Shown piece after piece: positions 24,297 through 41,259 of a DNA stretch of 64,000 nucleotides (position 1 is its first letter; every line of letters starts with the position of its first letter). Source of the stretch: the human T2T-CHM13v2.0 reference genome, Homo sapiens. Position numbers and translations under genes: made by a program. The stretch is from the NCBI RefSeq assembly GCF_009914755.1, contig NC_060937.1. One strand, 5' to 3'. Below the pieces are notes generated by a model that worked only from the letters and a program-made list of their open reading frames with translations, had not been told where the DNA came from and made no database searches.

Positions 24297-25589
24297 TTTG
24301 GAGTCAGACTTGAGTTCAAGCACCATGAGCACTAATTCTGTACTATTTAGCAAGTTAGTCTATCTGTGTCTTGGTCTGCCCCTCTGTAAAGTGGTGAAAA
24401 CAATGGTCTTAGAGTTTTCAGTGAAGATAGACAAATGATAACTCCTCAGCAAATTCTAGCTAGTAAGTTGATATTGCAACCAGACTTCACAGCTTAACCC
24501 AGTTATTTTTTAGTAAATCAGCAGATTTATACTCATTCATTTAGCACTTATTCAGACCTACAGGTCCCAGGCCTCACAGGAAACAATTAGTTTGCCAAAG
24601 CAAATAAAGCTGGACCACTCAGTCTAGCTGGTGAAAGAAACATGCAAACAAATCATTGCAAGCCCATGTGATGAATGCTATCTCAGAAGAAAGTTCCAAA
24701 TCCATTTGTTCTCCATGGAAGAAAGTGATGAGTTCATCACTGCTTGGGTAGATCTGAAATTTTGTAGAAGTAGAAACTCATCCTGAATCTCAAAGAATGA
24801 AGAGTTGCCAGGAAGAACATTCCAGAAAGCCGAATATTTGACTCTGAAGCAGTCATATCACAGCATAGTAAATTGGGGTAATTTACTGATTTGGCAGGTT
24901 GAAGCCTCAACTTCATCTAAGCAAGTTACAGGAGATGGGGTTTAGGGAAAACTGGGGCCAGGTCATGAAGAACATTGCATTCCATTCCAAGAACCCTGGA
25001 TATTATCTTGTAGGAAAAAGATCAGTTTTGAAAGGTTTTAACCAAGGGATGAAATGATCAGGTAGTATTTTTAAAAGATAAGTCCAACAGTCTGGTTGGA
25101 TTGGAGAGAGGCCCAGAAGCAGAGCTATAGGTTAAAAGCCCATTCTCATAGTTCAGGTGGGAAAAAAAAAGTGCAAAATTACAGGCAGGAGAAGAGATGA
25201 CAGGAAAGAAAAATATGAGGAAGTTATAATTGATAAGACATAGAAACCCCTTGGAATTGTCTGAGAACGAGAAAGATATGAGAAATCTTATATCTTTCTT
25301 GTTAAAATAGAAAATAGAGAAAATTCCAACTAAATTAACATTTAACAAAGTTTTTTAAATTTACCTGAGTAATTTACTGGGTGCTGGGAATACAGAAGTA
25401 AAGGGCATAGCCCCAGCATTCAAATAACATGCTGAGTCTTATGGAGAACATGACACTAAGCTCAACAAGGGTTTTGCGTGTTAGCAATATGTGCCAGACT
25501 TTTCTATCCATGACCACATTTACATTCACTCTAGAGTGACTCTCAAGGTTCACCCTGAAAGTGACTCCAGGGCAAGAACTTTTCTCTGT

Positions 25590-25888
25590 TTTTTGTTTTT
25601 GTTTTGTTTTGAGATACAGTTTTACTCTGTTGCCCAGGCTGTAGTGCGGTGGTGCGATCTCTGCTCATTACAATCTCTGTCTCCTGGGTCAAGCGATTCT
25701 GGTGCCTCAGCCTCCCGAGTAACTGGGATTACAGGCACATGCCAACCCCAGCTAATTTTTGGATTATTAGTAGAGATGGGGTTTCACCATGTTGGCCAGG
25801 CTGGTCTCAAACTCTTGACCTCATGTAATCTGCCCACCTCAGCCTCCCAAAGTGCTGGGGTTACAGGCATGAGCCACAGTGCCCTGCC
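25590..25888 (-). mobile_element. AluS
   Basis: Complete dimer in reverse orientation. TSD TTCTCTGT. Confidence 0.93.
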
Positions 25889-26563
25889 TTCTCTGTCTTT
25901 AACAGCTGAGAAAATGGATTCTTGCAAGATGGAACTAAGTAGAGAAGGCTCTGAATGCTCAGAGCCAAGGGGTTTAGCTCACTCCACAGTGCAGAAACAC
26001 CTCCAGAAAAGGTGCCTCTGCCACCAAGCCTTGCAGAGTGAGGAGTTGATCTGCCAATAAAGGTGTGGAGGGTGCTTCAGGCAGAGAGGGTAATGGGTGT
26101 GCTCAGGCATGGGGGAGGTATGTGCAGATTGGAGAGGCTGGAGTCCACCATGCAGACTGAAACAGGCAAGAACTGAGGCTGCAGGAGGGACTAAAAATCA
26201 GATTGGGGATCTCGACAGGCAATGCTGAGGGGCATGGACACGACTAAGCCTGTGTGTGTGATGATAATTGATTTTCCTGAGTATTTAAACTGCAGGCAAG
26301 GCCTCCCCTTCCCTGGTGTACAAGAAGTGTACTCAAGAAGAAATCCTTTCGAGGAATGAAAACTACCATTTATTGAGTGCCTGACGTGTACCTTCTCTAA
26401 GGATGATCTCACCTACCTCCCAAACAGCCCTAAACAGTAGATATTGGTAACCTGATTGCACTAGTGTAAAGACCCATATAACCAAGGTCACATTGATAAC
26501 TAGCAGAGCCAGGATTTGAACCCACGCCAGCTTGGTTCCAAAGTCTATGCTTTTCCCTTTAAA

Positions 26564-26781
26564 CTGGGTTTTCTCAACCTCTGCATTATTGACAGTTTGG
26601 GGCCAGATCATTCTTTGTCGTGGGGACCTATCCTGTGCATAGTAGGATGTTTAGCAGCATCCTGACCTCTACCCACTACACACCAGTAGAACCTCTCCCC
26701 CAAGTGTGACAATCGAATATATCTCTAGACAGTGTCAGATGTTACCCAGGGGATGCAAAATCGCTCTGGTTAAAAACCACT
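26564..26781. mobile_element. MER20 hAT-Charlie
   Basis: TTCTCAACCT...TGTGCATAGTAGGATGTTTAGCAGCATCC...GGTTAAAAACCACT with 8-bp TSD CCTTTAAA. Confidence 0.85.
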
Positions 26782-27452
26782 CCTTTAAACCATGCTCCCC
26801 CTTAAGATGTAAGGAGAGAAAAGACAAATAGGCACATAATTGTAGCTATGTGAGAGCCCCTGAATATCCTTGGTGAAGTAGAACAAATTCAAAATATATG
26901 ATATATTTGTGAAAAAGTGAGAAAGACCCAAAATAAACAGGGTTTAATCAAGAGGGAATGTTGCTTCTCATTCATGTTAAAGTACAGAGGGGGAGCATCT
27001 GGGGTGGGTGTGGCAGCTCTTTCACAAGCTCCTTGGGGAACCCAAGTGCCTTCCAGCTTTCTTCTCTGCCATTCCCAGGGTGTGGCCTCCATCCAAATCA
27101 TCCAAGATGGCTCATCAACTATCACAACTGTATTCCAAGCAATAGGATTGAATAGGTAAGAAGGAGGCAAACCACACCTCTTAAATGTACTAGAAGCTAT
27201 CACATGACTGCAGTTAGCTGCAAGGGGGACTTGGAAATCAAATCTTTGTTCTGGTGGCTGTGGTACAGCTAATAATGCACTATGATGCAAAAAGTCAAGA
27301 ATTGGATTTAGGGGATCACCAGCAGCCTCTGCTCCATATGGTCATCTTTAGCTAGACAAGAATTTGTAATTTCATCAAACCACCTTTTGACTCCAAGCAC
27401 CAATTTCCTATCCCTTGGAGTTCAGCTTTATTTTCATTGTTCATTGAGCAAA

Positions 27453-27903
27453 TGCTATGGGTTGAAGTGTGTCCAGCAAAAACATATTGAAGTCCTAACC
27501 CCCAGTACCTGTGAATGTGACGTTATTCGGAAATAGGATCTTTGCATATGATCAAGTTATGATGTGGTCATTAGCGTGACCCCTAACCTAATCTAACCGT
27601 GTCCTTGTAAAACAGGAAATTTGGACAGGGATGACACAAGATGGGATCAACTCCTCTTTCACCTATGTGAAGATGAAGGCAGGGATCTGGGTGATGCCAA
27701 GGAACACCAAAGATTGCCATAAAACCACCAGAAGCTAGAGGAGAAGCAGGAAACAGATTCTTCCTCAGAGCCTTAGAAGGAACCAACCCTGCTGACAGCC
27801 TGACCTTGGACTTCCAGCCTCCAGAACTGTGTAAATATATTTCTGTGGTTTAAGCCGTGTAATTCACAGTACTTTGTTACTGCAGCCCTAGTAAACTAAT
27901 ACA
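27453..27903 (+). mobile_element. MLT1C-like MaLR LTR
   Basis: TGCTATGGGTTGAAGTGTGTCC...GGACTTCCAGCCTCCAGAACTGTG...AAACTAATACA. Confidence 0.8.
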
Positions 27904-28415
27904 GCATACTTATGAGAAAAGAATATGAAGACTTCAAATGATTTTCCACAATCATTTGCACTAAAAATAAAGTGTTTCTAATCCCATTTTCTCTTCACAA
28001 TCAAAAGAAAGACACCTTTACAGTCTCTACACCCTGAGAGGTGGATGTCAGGGAGCTCTGGTGAGCTGCTAAGGAGAAAGGACCTGGAGAACAAGAGTGA
28101 AGAGGGCTTTCCTTCCAGGCCAGCAGTGACTGTCTCCTTCTCTCCATCTCATTTGAGGAAACCACCTCTGTCTTAACAGCCTGTCTCCTGCTAGAAGCTT
28201 CAATGATGGGCTTATACTCAGTGGCATTACAGTAAATACATGTACAGTAAACTGGCACTCCAAAATAAATACGTGTAAATATATATGTTTGTCATAAATT
28301 TCAATAATATAAAGGATGTGTAGTGTACAATTTATAAAAAATATTATTTATTGTCAACTTCATAGAGCTAATTTATTCTCACAGAATGTTTCTATTGATT
28401 TTTGCCAAATCCTTA

Positions 28416-28555
28416 TGTATTAGGGCTCTCCAGAGAAAGAGAACTAATAGGATATTACTTCTCTATCTATCTAGATACTCCGAGCTATCTGTCTACCTAG
28501 ATAGAAACTCTAGATGGATAAAAAGATGATAGAGATAGATGATAGATAGATAGAT

Positions 28556-28607
<52 letters not shown>

Positions 28608-29048
28608 CGGACTCATTATAATGCAGTGGCTCACATGATTATGGAGGCTGAGAGGTCCCATGATCTGCCACCTGCAAGCTGAAGACCCAGGAAAGATGGT
28701 GGTGTCATTTGAAGGCCTGGAAGTCAAAGAGTTGATGGTGTAGATTCCAGTCCAAGTCTGAAGGCCTGAGACCCAGAAGCAGTGAGGGCAGGAGAAGATC
28801 AATGTCCCAGCTGAGGCAGTCAGGCAGAGTTCCTCCAGCTTTCCTCTACCTTTTTGTTCTGTTCCAATCCTCAACAGATCAGATGAGGCCCACCCACAGA
28901 GGAAGGGCCATCTTCTCTCTCAGTCTACTGTTTCAAATGCCAATCTCTTCCAGTAACACCCTCGCTGACATACCCGGAAGTAATGTTTTACCAGCTATCT
29001 GGGCATCCCATGGCCCAGTCAAGCTGACACATAAAATTAACCATCACA
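28416..29048 (-). mobile_element. MLT2B/C-like LTR with internal microsatellite
   Basis: TGTATTAGGGCTCTCCAGAGAAA...AAGCTGACACATAAAATTAACCATCACA. Confidence 0.8.
28556..28607 (+). repeat. (TAGA)13 tetranucleotide STR within a longer imperfect GATA tract starting about 28524
   Basis: 13 uninterrupted TAGA units counted directly. Confidence 0.95.
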
Positions 29049-29234
29049 CCACAGCCAACATAGAACTGCAATTCGACTGTGACTTGACAAGTGGAATTTT
29101 ATTCCAATCCAGTTTTTCTCTAATAAATCTACTGTCATTAAACCTGATATGTGATCTTCTGTCAAACTATTTTTTTACCCTTGTATTAATTGTACTCGTT
29201 AAACTAAATTTTTTTCGGCTTTGGTAGTAAATCA

Positions 29235-29615
29235 AGCCCTAATTTGTGGTGTCTGCTGATTTCCATGGTGTAGATACTACATGACAGCCAATTTCAAACT
29301 ACAATGGTGCCATCACTGAATGCAGAGTTGAGAAGAGATGTGCAGTAGCACAGCATTATATGACATTTCCACCACTCAGATGCAGGCGATGTGGATTACC
29401 TTAAGAGCACGGATAAAAGTAAAATGCACTAAAATGTTTAAGAAGAGATGAATTTTAAATATTACTGTCTTTGTCTTTAGTATAATTTATTTAATTGTAA
29501 GTTTATATAATTTAATTTTTATATTGGCTATGTTTACCAACTGGCTCACAACGTTGCTGAAAATCTAACAATTGGCTCTTGTGGGCTGGTGCAAACTGGC
29601 TGCAGCACACCACTG
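29235..29615. mobile_element. MER63-like hAT-Blackjack
   Basis: GCTGATTTCCATGGTGTA and the terminus GGCTGCAGCACACCACTG resemble MER63. Confidence 0.65.
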
Positions 29616-30038
29616 CCTGTGGCTGTTACCAACAATTAGATTTTACCACGATGTTAATGCAAGCAGAGTTTCCCAGCTGCACTCAAAGAGAAAATAGTTG
29701 CACCTAATGCATTATTTCTTTTTTCTTTTATCACTCTTACCCTAAGATTCAACCCATGTAATTCGGCATCATCAATCATCAGTCATGAATATTTATTATA
29801 TTCCTTTTTTTTTTTTTTTAATTTTTTTTTTTTATTATACTCTAAGTTTTAGGGTACATGTGCACATTGTGCAGGTTAGTTACATATGTATACATGTGCC
29901 ATGCTGGTGCGCTGCACCCACTAACGTGTCATCTAGCATTAGGTATATCTCCCAATGCTATCCCTCCCCCCTCCCCCGACCCCACCACAGTCCCCAGAGT
30001 GTGATATTCCCCTTCCTGTGTCCATGTGATCTCATTGT

Positions 30039-33892
<3,854 letters not shown>

Positions 33893-33931
33893 TCATTAGT
33901 TGATGCAGTTTCTTCCTAGTCTCGATGGTCT

Positions 33932-34947
33932 TTACATTTTGGCATGATTTTGCAGCGGCTGGTACCGGTTGTTCCTTTCCATGTTTAGCGCTTCCTTCAG
34001 GAGCTCTTTTAGGGCAGGCCTGGTGGTGAGAAAATCTCTCAGCATTTGCTTGTCTATAAAGTATTTTATTTCTCCTTCACTTATGAAGCTTAGTTTGGCT
34101 GGATATGAAATTCTGGGTTGAAAATTCTTTTCTTTAAGAATGTTGAATATTGGCCCCCACTCTCTTCTGGCTTGTAGGGTTTCTGCCGAGAGATCCGCTG
34201 TTAGTCTGATGGGCTTTCCTTTGAGGGTAACCCGACCTTTCTCTCTGGCTGCCCTTAACATTTTTTCCTTCATTTCAACTTTGGTGAATCTGACAATTAT
34301 GTGTCTTGGAGTTGCTCTTCTTGAGGAGTATCTTTGTGGCGTTCTCTGTATTTCCTGAATCTGAATGTTGGCCTGCCTTGCTAGATTGGGGAAGTTCTCC
34401 TGGATAATATCCTGCAGAGTGTTTTCCAACTTGGTTCCATTCTCCACATCACTTTCAGGTACACCAATCAGACGTAGATTTGGTCTTTTCACATAGTCCC
34501 ATATTTCTTGGAGGCTTTGCTCATTTCTTTTTATTCTTTTTTCTCTAAACTTCCCTTCTTGCTTCATTTCATTCATTTCATCTCCATTGCTGATACCCTT
34601 TCTTCCAGTTGATCGCATCGGCTCCTGAGGCTTCTGCATTCTTCACGTAGTTCTCGAGCCTTGGTTTTCAGCTCCATCAGCTCCTTTAAGCACTTCTCTG
34701 TATTGGTTATTCTAGTTATACATTCTTCTAAATTTTTTTCAAAGTTTTCAACTTCTTTGCCTTTGGTTTGAATGTCCTCCCGTAGCTCAGAGTAATTTGA
34801 TCGTCTGAAGCCTTCTTCTCTCAGCTCGTCAAAATCATTCTCCATCCAGCTTTGTTCCGTTGCTGGTGAGGAACTGCGTTCCTTTGGAGGAGGAGACGCG
34901 CTCTGCGTTTTAGAGTTTCCAGTTTTTCTGTTCTGTTTTTTCCCCAT
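33932..34947 (-). pseudogene. ORF1: L1 ORF1, frameshifted
   Basis: MGKKQNRK start and NHAKM end. Span is 1016 bp versus 1017 bp intact. A 1-bp deletion near 34583 (GGAAGAT>GGAGAT) splits it into 124-aa and 235-aa ORFs. Confidence 0.95.
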
Positions 34948-35850
34948 CTTTGTGGTTTTATCTACTTTTGGTCTTTGATGATGGTGATGTACAGATGGGT
35001 TTTCGGTGTAGATGTCCTTTCTGGTTGTTAGTTTTCCTTCTAACAGACAGGACCTTCAGCTGCAGGTCTGTTGGAATACCCTGCCGTGTGAGGTGTCAGT
35101 GTGCCCCTGCTGGGGGGTGCCTCCCAGTTAGGCTGCTCGGGGGTCAGGGGTCAGGGACCCACTTGAGGAGGCAGTCTGCCCGTTCTCAGATCTCCAGCTG
35201 CGTGCTGGGAGAACCACTGCTCTCTTCAAAGCTGTCAGACAGGGACACTTAAGTCTGCAGAGGTTACTGCTGTCTTTTTGTTTGTCTGTGCCCTGCCCCC
35301 AGAGGTGGAGCCTACAGAGGCAGGCAGGCCTCCTTGAGTTGTGGTGGGCTCCACCCAGTTGGAGCTTCCGGGCTGCTTTGTTTACCTAAGCAAGCCTGGG
35401 CAATGGCGGGCGCCCCTCCCCCAGCCTCGTTGCCGCCTTGCAGTTTGATCTCAGACTGCTGTGCTAGCAATCAGCGAGATTCCGTGGGCGTAGGACCCTC
35501 TGAGCCAGGTGTGGGATATAGTCTCGTGGTGCGCCGTTTTTTAAGCCGGTCTGAAAAGCGCAATATTCGGGTGGGAGTGACCCGATTTTCCAGGTGCGTC
35601 CGTCACCCCTTTCTTTGACTCGGAAAGGGAACTCCCTGACCCCTTGCGCTTCCCAGGTGAGTCAATGCCTCGCCCTGCTTCGGCTCGCGCACGGTGCGCG
35701 CACACACTGGCCTGCGCCCACTGTCTGGCACTCCCTAGTGAGATGAACCCGGTACCTCAGATGGAAATGCAGAAATCACCCGTCTTCTGCGTCGCTCACG
35801 CTGGGAGCTGTAGACCAGAGCTGTGCCTATTCGGCCATCTTGGCTCCTCC
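34948..35850 (-). promoter_or_regulatory. L1 5'UTR with CpG-rich sense promoter, antisense promoter and intact YY1 site
   Basis: CGGCCATCTTGGC at 35832-35844 is the YY1 site. Dense retained CpGs across 35400-35850. Confidence 0.85.
35403..35618 (+). CDS. ORF0: L1 ORF0 (71 aa antisense ORF), intact
   Basis: GCAATGG Kozak context. MAGAPPPASLPPCSLISDCC...RCVRHPFL, 216 bp, within the antisense-promoter region. Expression not shown. Confidence 0.8.
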   Translation: MAGAPPPASLPPCSLISDCCASNQRDSVGVGPSEPGVGYSLVVRRFLSRSEKRNIRVGVTRFSRCVRHPFL

Positions 35851-38800
35851 ACCGATAATCCTTCTTAAGAGGAGTCTATTTATTATATTCCTATGGGGTA
35901 TACTGGACCATGGGTTCTTAAGATCAGAGGCTATGTCACCCCAATACCTAGCACAGTGTTAGACACATAGTAGTTGCTCGTTAAATGTTCGCAGAGCCAT
36001 TGATCTAAAATTATTACATAGTATTCCAGGTGATCACAAGTCTGCTTAGGGTGCTTGAATATTTTTCTTTCCTTCAGTGTTTCTTTTCTGCTCAATTAGT
36101 AGTCAAAATGGCATAAAACTAGATGGATATATTTAACTGGGACCAAAGTAATTCTTTTCTTTCTGTCCTACTCTTTGTTGTTAAACCATGGTTATATGGC
36201 CCTGTGGGGTGATTACCAGAATCATCTGAGTGTAGCCCTAGGAACTCTCTCTGGGTGGCCTGAACAAGTCAGCTGGAATCAGCAGATGGGGCTGCATGCA
36301 AGGAATTAGCTTCCAATAGGATAAGTAATGTCCTCCTTCTAGAAGTGGGGTGTATAACTTCCTTCAGCCCCAATGTCTCGAGGTCTGGGCAGCTAACATT
36401 CCCAGACAACTCCTACCTACAGTTGGCAGCCCAAATCCAGACTGCCAGCTGCCAGATAATGAGTGTGTTTTCCTCCACTGACATGGGTACTTTCTTTTAA
36501 ATGCCCTGTGTAAAATGGAATCCCCTAGAGTGTGGGGTCCAAACACTGGAATGGTGCCCTGGCCTCACACACGTCCCTGGGATAATGAAGGAATCAGGAA
36601 ACCAGTGCCTTCTCTCTCTCAACAACCGTTGGCCTATGTTAGTTTTTCATCTTCCCAGTACAGCCTGTATTATAACCCAAACTGTGTGACACTGTAGAAT
36701 TTACATCAAACCCAGACGGGACTCACCTGGTTGCACAGGTGGCATCCCAGAAGGAACCCACCTTCAGGATAGACACCCACCGTGTTCCACATTAGCTGAG
36801 ACTATAAGCATGGAGTTCCAGTGGTGGGGGGAGCCTGAGACAAGCAATCAGGCCACCTGGAGCTCGGCAGCCCCTAAAATAGATGCGTCATCTGATGACA
36901 AGTTTTCTAGATCCCTGGTTCACAAATGGCTTATCTCTGAATTTCCAATGAACACACACGCTGAAAAACAAAAGACAGTCCAACAAAACAAAAGCCTAAG
37001 TTCCCCTGAGTGTCATGAAGTCCATGGAGCTACTGCACTTGATGTCATTCAATCTTCACTGCGAGGGTTTCTTGTTGATGCCCAGGAGAGAACTGAGGGT
37101 GCTCTTGAGAATGCCTATTGTTCACACATCCAGACCCTAAACATGGCACTTTGTTCTGGGATCCTTTCAGTTACAAAGAAGGAAGTATACTAGGCTCAAT
37201 TCTGCCAGATGTTGTGGCTAATGTGCATGTAATAAACAAATTGTAGAAGGTGAGCTAGTTCACTGAAGGCTCTAAAGATGATCCAGTGAAAAGAACAAAG
37301 TTCCCAAAAGACACTCAATATATTCACCAGCATATTTTGCCTCTTTTACCCTCTCTCAAGCATCATTGTGAACATTTAGGGTCATCATCAGAAAGATGCC
37401 GCTGGTGGACACCTTAACAGGTATATGGCACATGGTAACTTTAGACAGGAAACCTCTGCCTGATATTTTGAAGTATATTTGGAGATAACTTCTGGGGCAC
37501 CACATGGTCAGAGCCCACTAAGAGAATAGCAGGTTCTTGATACTTCTGTTTCAAGAGTTCAAGGGCTACAGTGAAGCAAACTAATCCAAGCACAAAAAAC
37601 ATCAGAATCCATTTCATATTATTTTCTGTATGCCTAGTGCATGTTGCTAGAATAATTGTTTGCAAAGAGGCAGGGAAATAAAACTGAGCTTGGCTCCTCA
37701 TGCAGTACAACCCAGCAGCGCTGAGCACGATGGAGCAGTTGTCCTCATATCAGCCCATCATCCAGCCAACCCTGCAACTGGGTCCATGAGGTCAGGTCTC
37801 TAATGGCTGATCTGACTGATCAGGCTTTCAGAGTACATCAGACAGCAGTAGCTGCTGTTTTGCTGAACTTGACAGCAGGACCATGCCCATTTAAAACACT
37901 AAGGTCAAATCACGTCTCTTCCTGAAATTCTTCATGATGGCACTAAGCAAAGAACACACAATTTTTGATTGTCCAAATACAAGTCTGGTTGTCAAGAACC
38001 ATGCGAGCTATAAAAACACCTTCCTACCGTCAAATGAACAAAGAATTCACTCAGGTTATCCTAAACATCACTGGGAAAGCACTGAATAACTTTATGAGGC
38101 TCTTAAAGCAGTCATTGCAAACACATGGGTGAAAAGCTTTCGAGTCACACAAGGAAGAGTCATAATCCATATTTGGCATCATTATTTTTATAACCAGCAA
38201 AGTGATCTCTCTTGAAATTGCTTAGGGATCATTAGCATTGAATGATTAGGAATCTAAGACACCAATATCATGATTACTTATTTCTATAAATGATAATGTT
38301 TTAGTGTTGGAAATCATATTGCCGGTTGAAACAATTGAGTAATTACCAGTAGCACAAAGGACACCAGCACAAACACAATAACATAAAACACACTCTCTAC
38401 TGACTCTAGCTCTGCTGAGAAGATTCTTTTCAAACAGGGAAAAAGGCAGGGATAATAGCAGCCATGGCCACAGAAGCTGGCTACAATATACATTGTCAAG
38501 AACATGTATGCAATATCGACATTAATTGTGATTGAAGTAGCATGCCTATGGTTTCTGTCTATAGGTGTTTTCTCTGTGCTACCTGAACCCCAAAGCCTTG
38601 TTTCATAGACTAAAGGTCACTGCCAAACCCAAACGTTAATAGCTTGGTTTTGATGGAAACATTTTGCTGCAGTATATTTTCCATAACCTATTTTTCATTA
38701 CCCATCCACCTTCTACCTGGCACTGTTGTTTCCATATACAACATTATAACATGGATGTTTTATGATAAAATATTAAGCAAACAAAGAAGGCAACCTGTAT

Positions 38801-38959
38801 ACACACAAGGCATACCCTTGTATAGCTCACATCTGTTCAGTAAATACCTATAGCTTTTGTATTTAGCAATTTCTGTCATTATTTGGAGCACTGGAACTAA
38901 TCCTATTTTTTCCTTAAAAAAAAACTTCCAGCATATTTTTTTAAGGTTGGTATAGTTGG

Positions 38960-39215
38960 TAAGCCTGAGATCAGGGCACCAGCGTGGTTAGGTTTTGGGG
39001 AAGGCCCCCTTCTGGGTTGCAGACTGCAGTCTCCTCATTGTATCCTCAGATGGTGGGAAGAGAGTGAGCTAGCCCTCTGGCCTCTTCTTATAAGGGCACT
39101 GGTCCCATTCATGAAGGCTCCACCCACATGATGTAATTACCTCTCAAGGCTGCATCATGATCACATTGGGGGTTAGATTTTAACATATGAATTTTGGAGG
39201 GATACAAATAGTCCA
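38960..39215 (-). mobile_element. MLT1A-like MaLR fragment
   Basis: GAGATCAGGGCACCAGC...CTTCTTATAAGGGCACT...CACATTGGGGGTTAGATTTTAACATATGAATTTTGG. Confidence 0.7.
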
Positions 39216-39363
39216 TAACGGTTGTTTTGTGTTTTTCGTCTAACACGTAATAACTGAAAACCATGTGTATCCTTAGGGATATAACATAATTCTTAGGAGA
39301 CCTGAAACTCACCAAGAGATCTCATCTGAGATCTTCAAATGTCTTCATGTTGTGGGTTCTTAG

Positions 39364-39683
<320 letters not shown>

Positions 39684-41259
39684 TAAGAAAATGATTTCTA
39701 AGATGGACAATATATTACATTGATTACCAAACTCCAAATTAACATTCACATTCCACTTCTAAGGCGACACACCTGCTTTGCTTACCTGTGAGTTCATGTT
39801 TTTAATAACTACAAATTGGCAGATGATACCTTGCATAGTCATTGAATTTCAGTGTTTTTAAGCCAGCCTATCTGTGTTTCAACAATCTTGTCAATGTTTC
39901 TAGATCTAATCATCACACCATAGGGGCAAATGCAAAAAAAAAAAAAAAAAAAAAAAAGCAAAGCACGTAATTTAGCAGTTTATAATCTAGTGGGCATAAT
40001 AAAACAGATGTACATGAGAAGTTGTTACAAGAAATTACTTATAATTTTCTTTAACATTTTAAGGCAATACCAAAAGAAATGTCAATACTTAATGCATGAT
40101 TGATTATAAGGATTAAAACTCAGATTTGCCTGCCTCTAAATTCTGTTTTCTCTGCTACATAAACAATTCCAGAGAGGTCTGCCAATCTTACTATATCCAC
40201 TAACCTCAGAACTTGCCATTAGTAGAATGTCTCTGAAAGTCCCAGCAGCTTTTCAATAGAGGAGACACAAGGTAGCTGTGAGATGCAGAGGCCTTGATAC
40301 AAATCTCAGGAGCTGGTTTGCCAATGGGATCATCAAGTTTTTCTCCCCAGCAGGGACATCTCGTGTCATCTGTTGTTCTGAAACATTAGGGGACTCATTT
40401 AACTGATAATGAAAATGACAGCAATTACGGGATTTTCTAAATGCCTGCGTCTTAGGGCTTGGAGGACATTTGTGGGAGAAACTGCTCCTTTCAAGACAAC
40501 CTGTCCTGGTTTTGACCTTGTACTGCAGCTATGTGAGATGCACCAGCTGGGGGAAGTTGGGTGAAATTACTGTGAATTCTATAATTATTTCAAAATTTAA
40601 CATTACAAACAATGAAAAGATAACCTGAGTAGTTCAACAGGCGAGACACACAGTGTCCAAAGTGAGACGTGGAAGAGGTGCTCCCCATAACTCCTGAGCA
40701 CGTGGTGTCTCCCCATGGTCCCCTTTGTCCCTTTGTCCTGGAGCCAGGGTTCCCAGAGGGGACTGCAGGCAGCTAGTTTGAACATGGAATTCGGAGTTAA
40801 AGGACTTGGTCATGGTCCTGACTCTCCCACTAACTGACTCTGGTCACGCCGCTTAGCCTCTGAGTCTGTTTCTTTACCTGTAAAGCATTTCTTTCTTTTT
40901 TAGAAAAGGCCACTTACAGATTCGCAAATATTGGGTATTCTGACCATCCTTTCTATCAGTTGTGGCCCCAGAGACCTGTGTAAGGCCAGCGGCCCTTTCA
41001 ATGTGGTGCTCAAGTCCCTCGGCTGCCATGGCAGAGCTCTTGAGGTGGCCCACATGTGACCCAGCCTCAGCCTCACCACAAATCCAGGCCTTTGCTTACA
41101 AGAAGCAACTTTGTTCTTATTTATCCACAGCTGCTTGTGGTCACCCCCATCCAAGGCAACAGCCACTGGATGTCACATTGCCTGCTGCCAGCCATACATG
41201 TCCCCGCCATCACAGTAGACCTATTATCAGCTGTGACTCAGGGCAACTCCCTGGGCTGT

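Noticed and set aside
25491-26060. 189-aa ORF, and similar ORFs at 47111, 51336, 57543 and 59684
   Set aside because: They are translations of antisense Alu sequence ([15 protein letters not shown]-type peptides), a well-known artefact.
39933-39957. Isolated A25 tract as an orphan retrotransposition tail
   Set aside because: The flanks GCAAATGCA and GCAAAGCA are only loosely similar, and simple slippage expansion explains the tract equally well.
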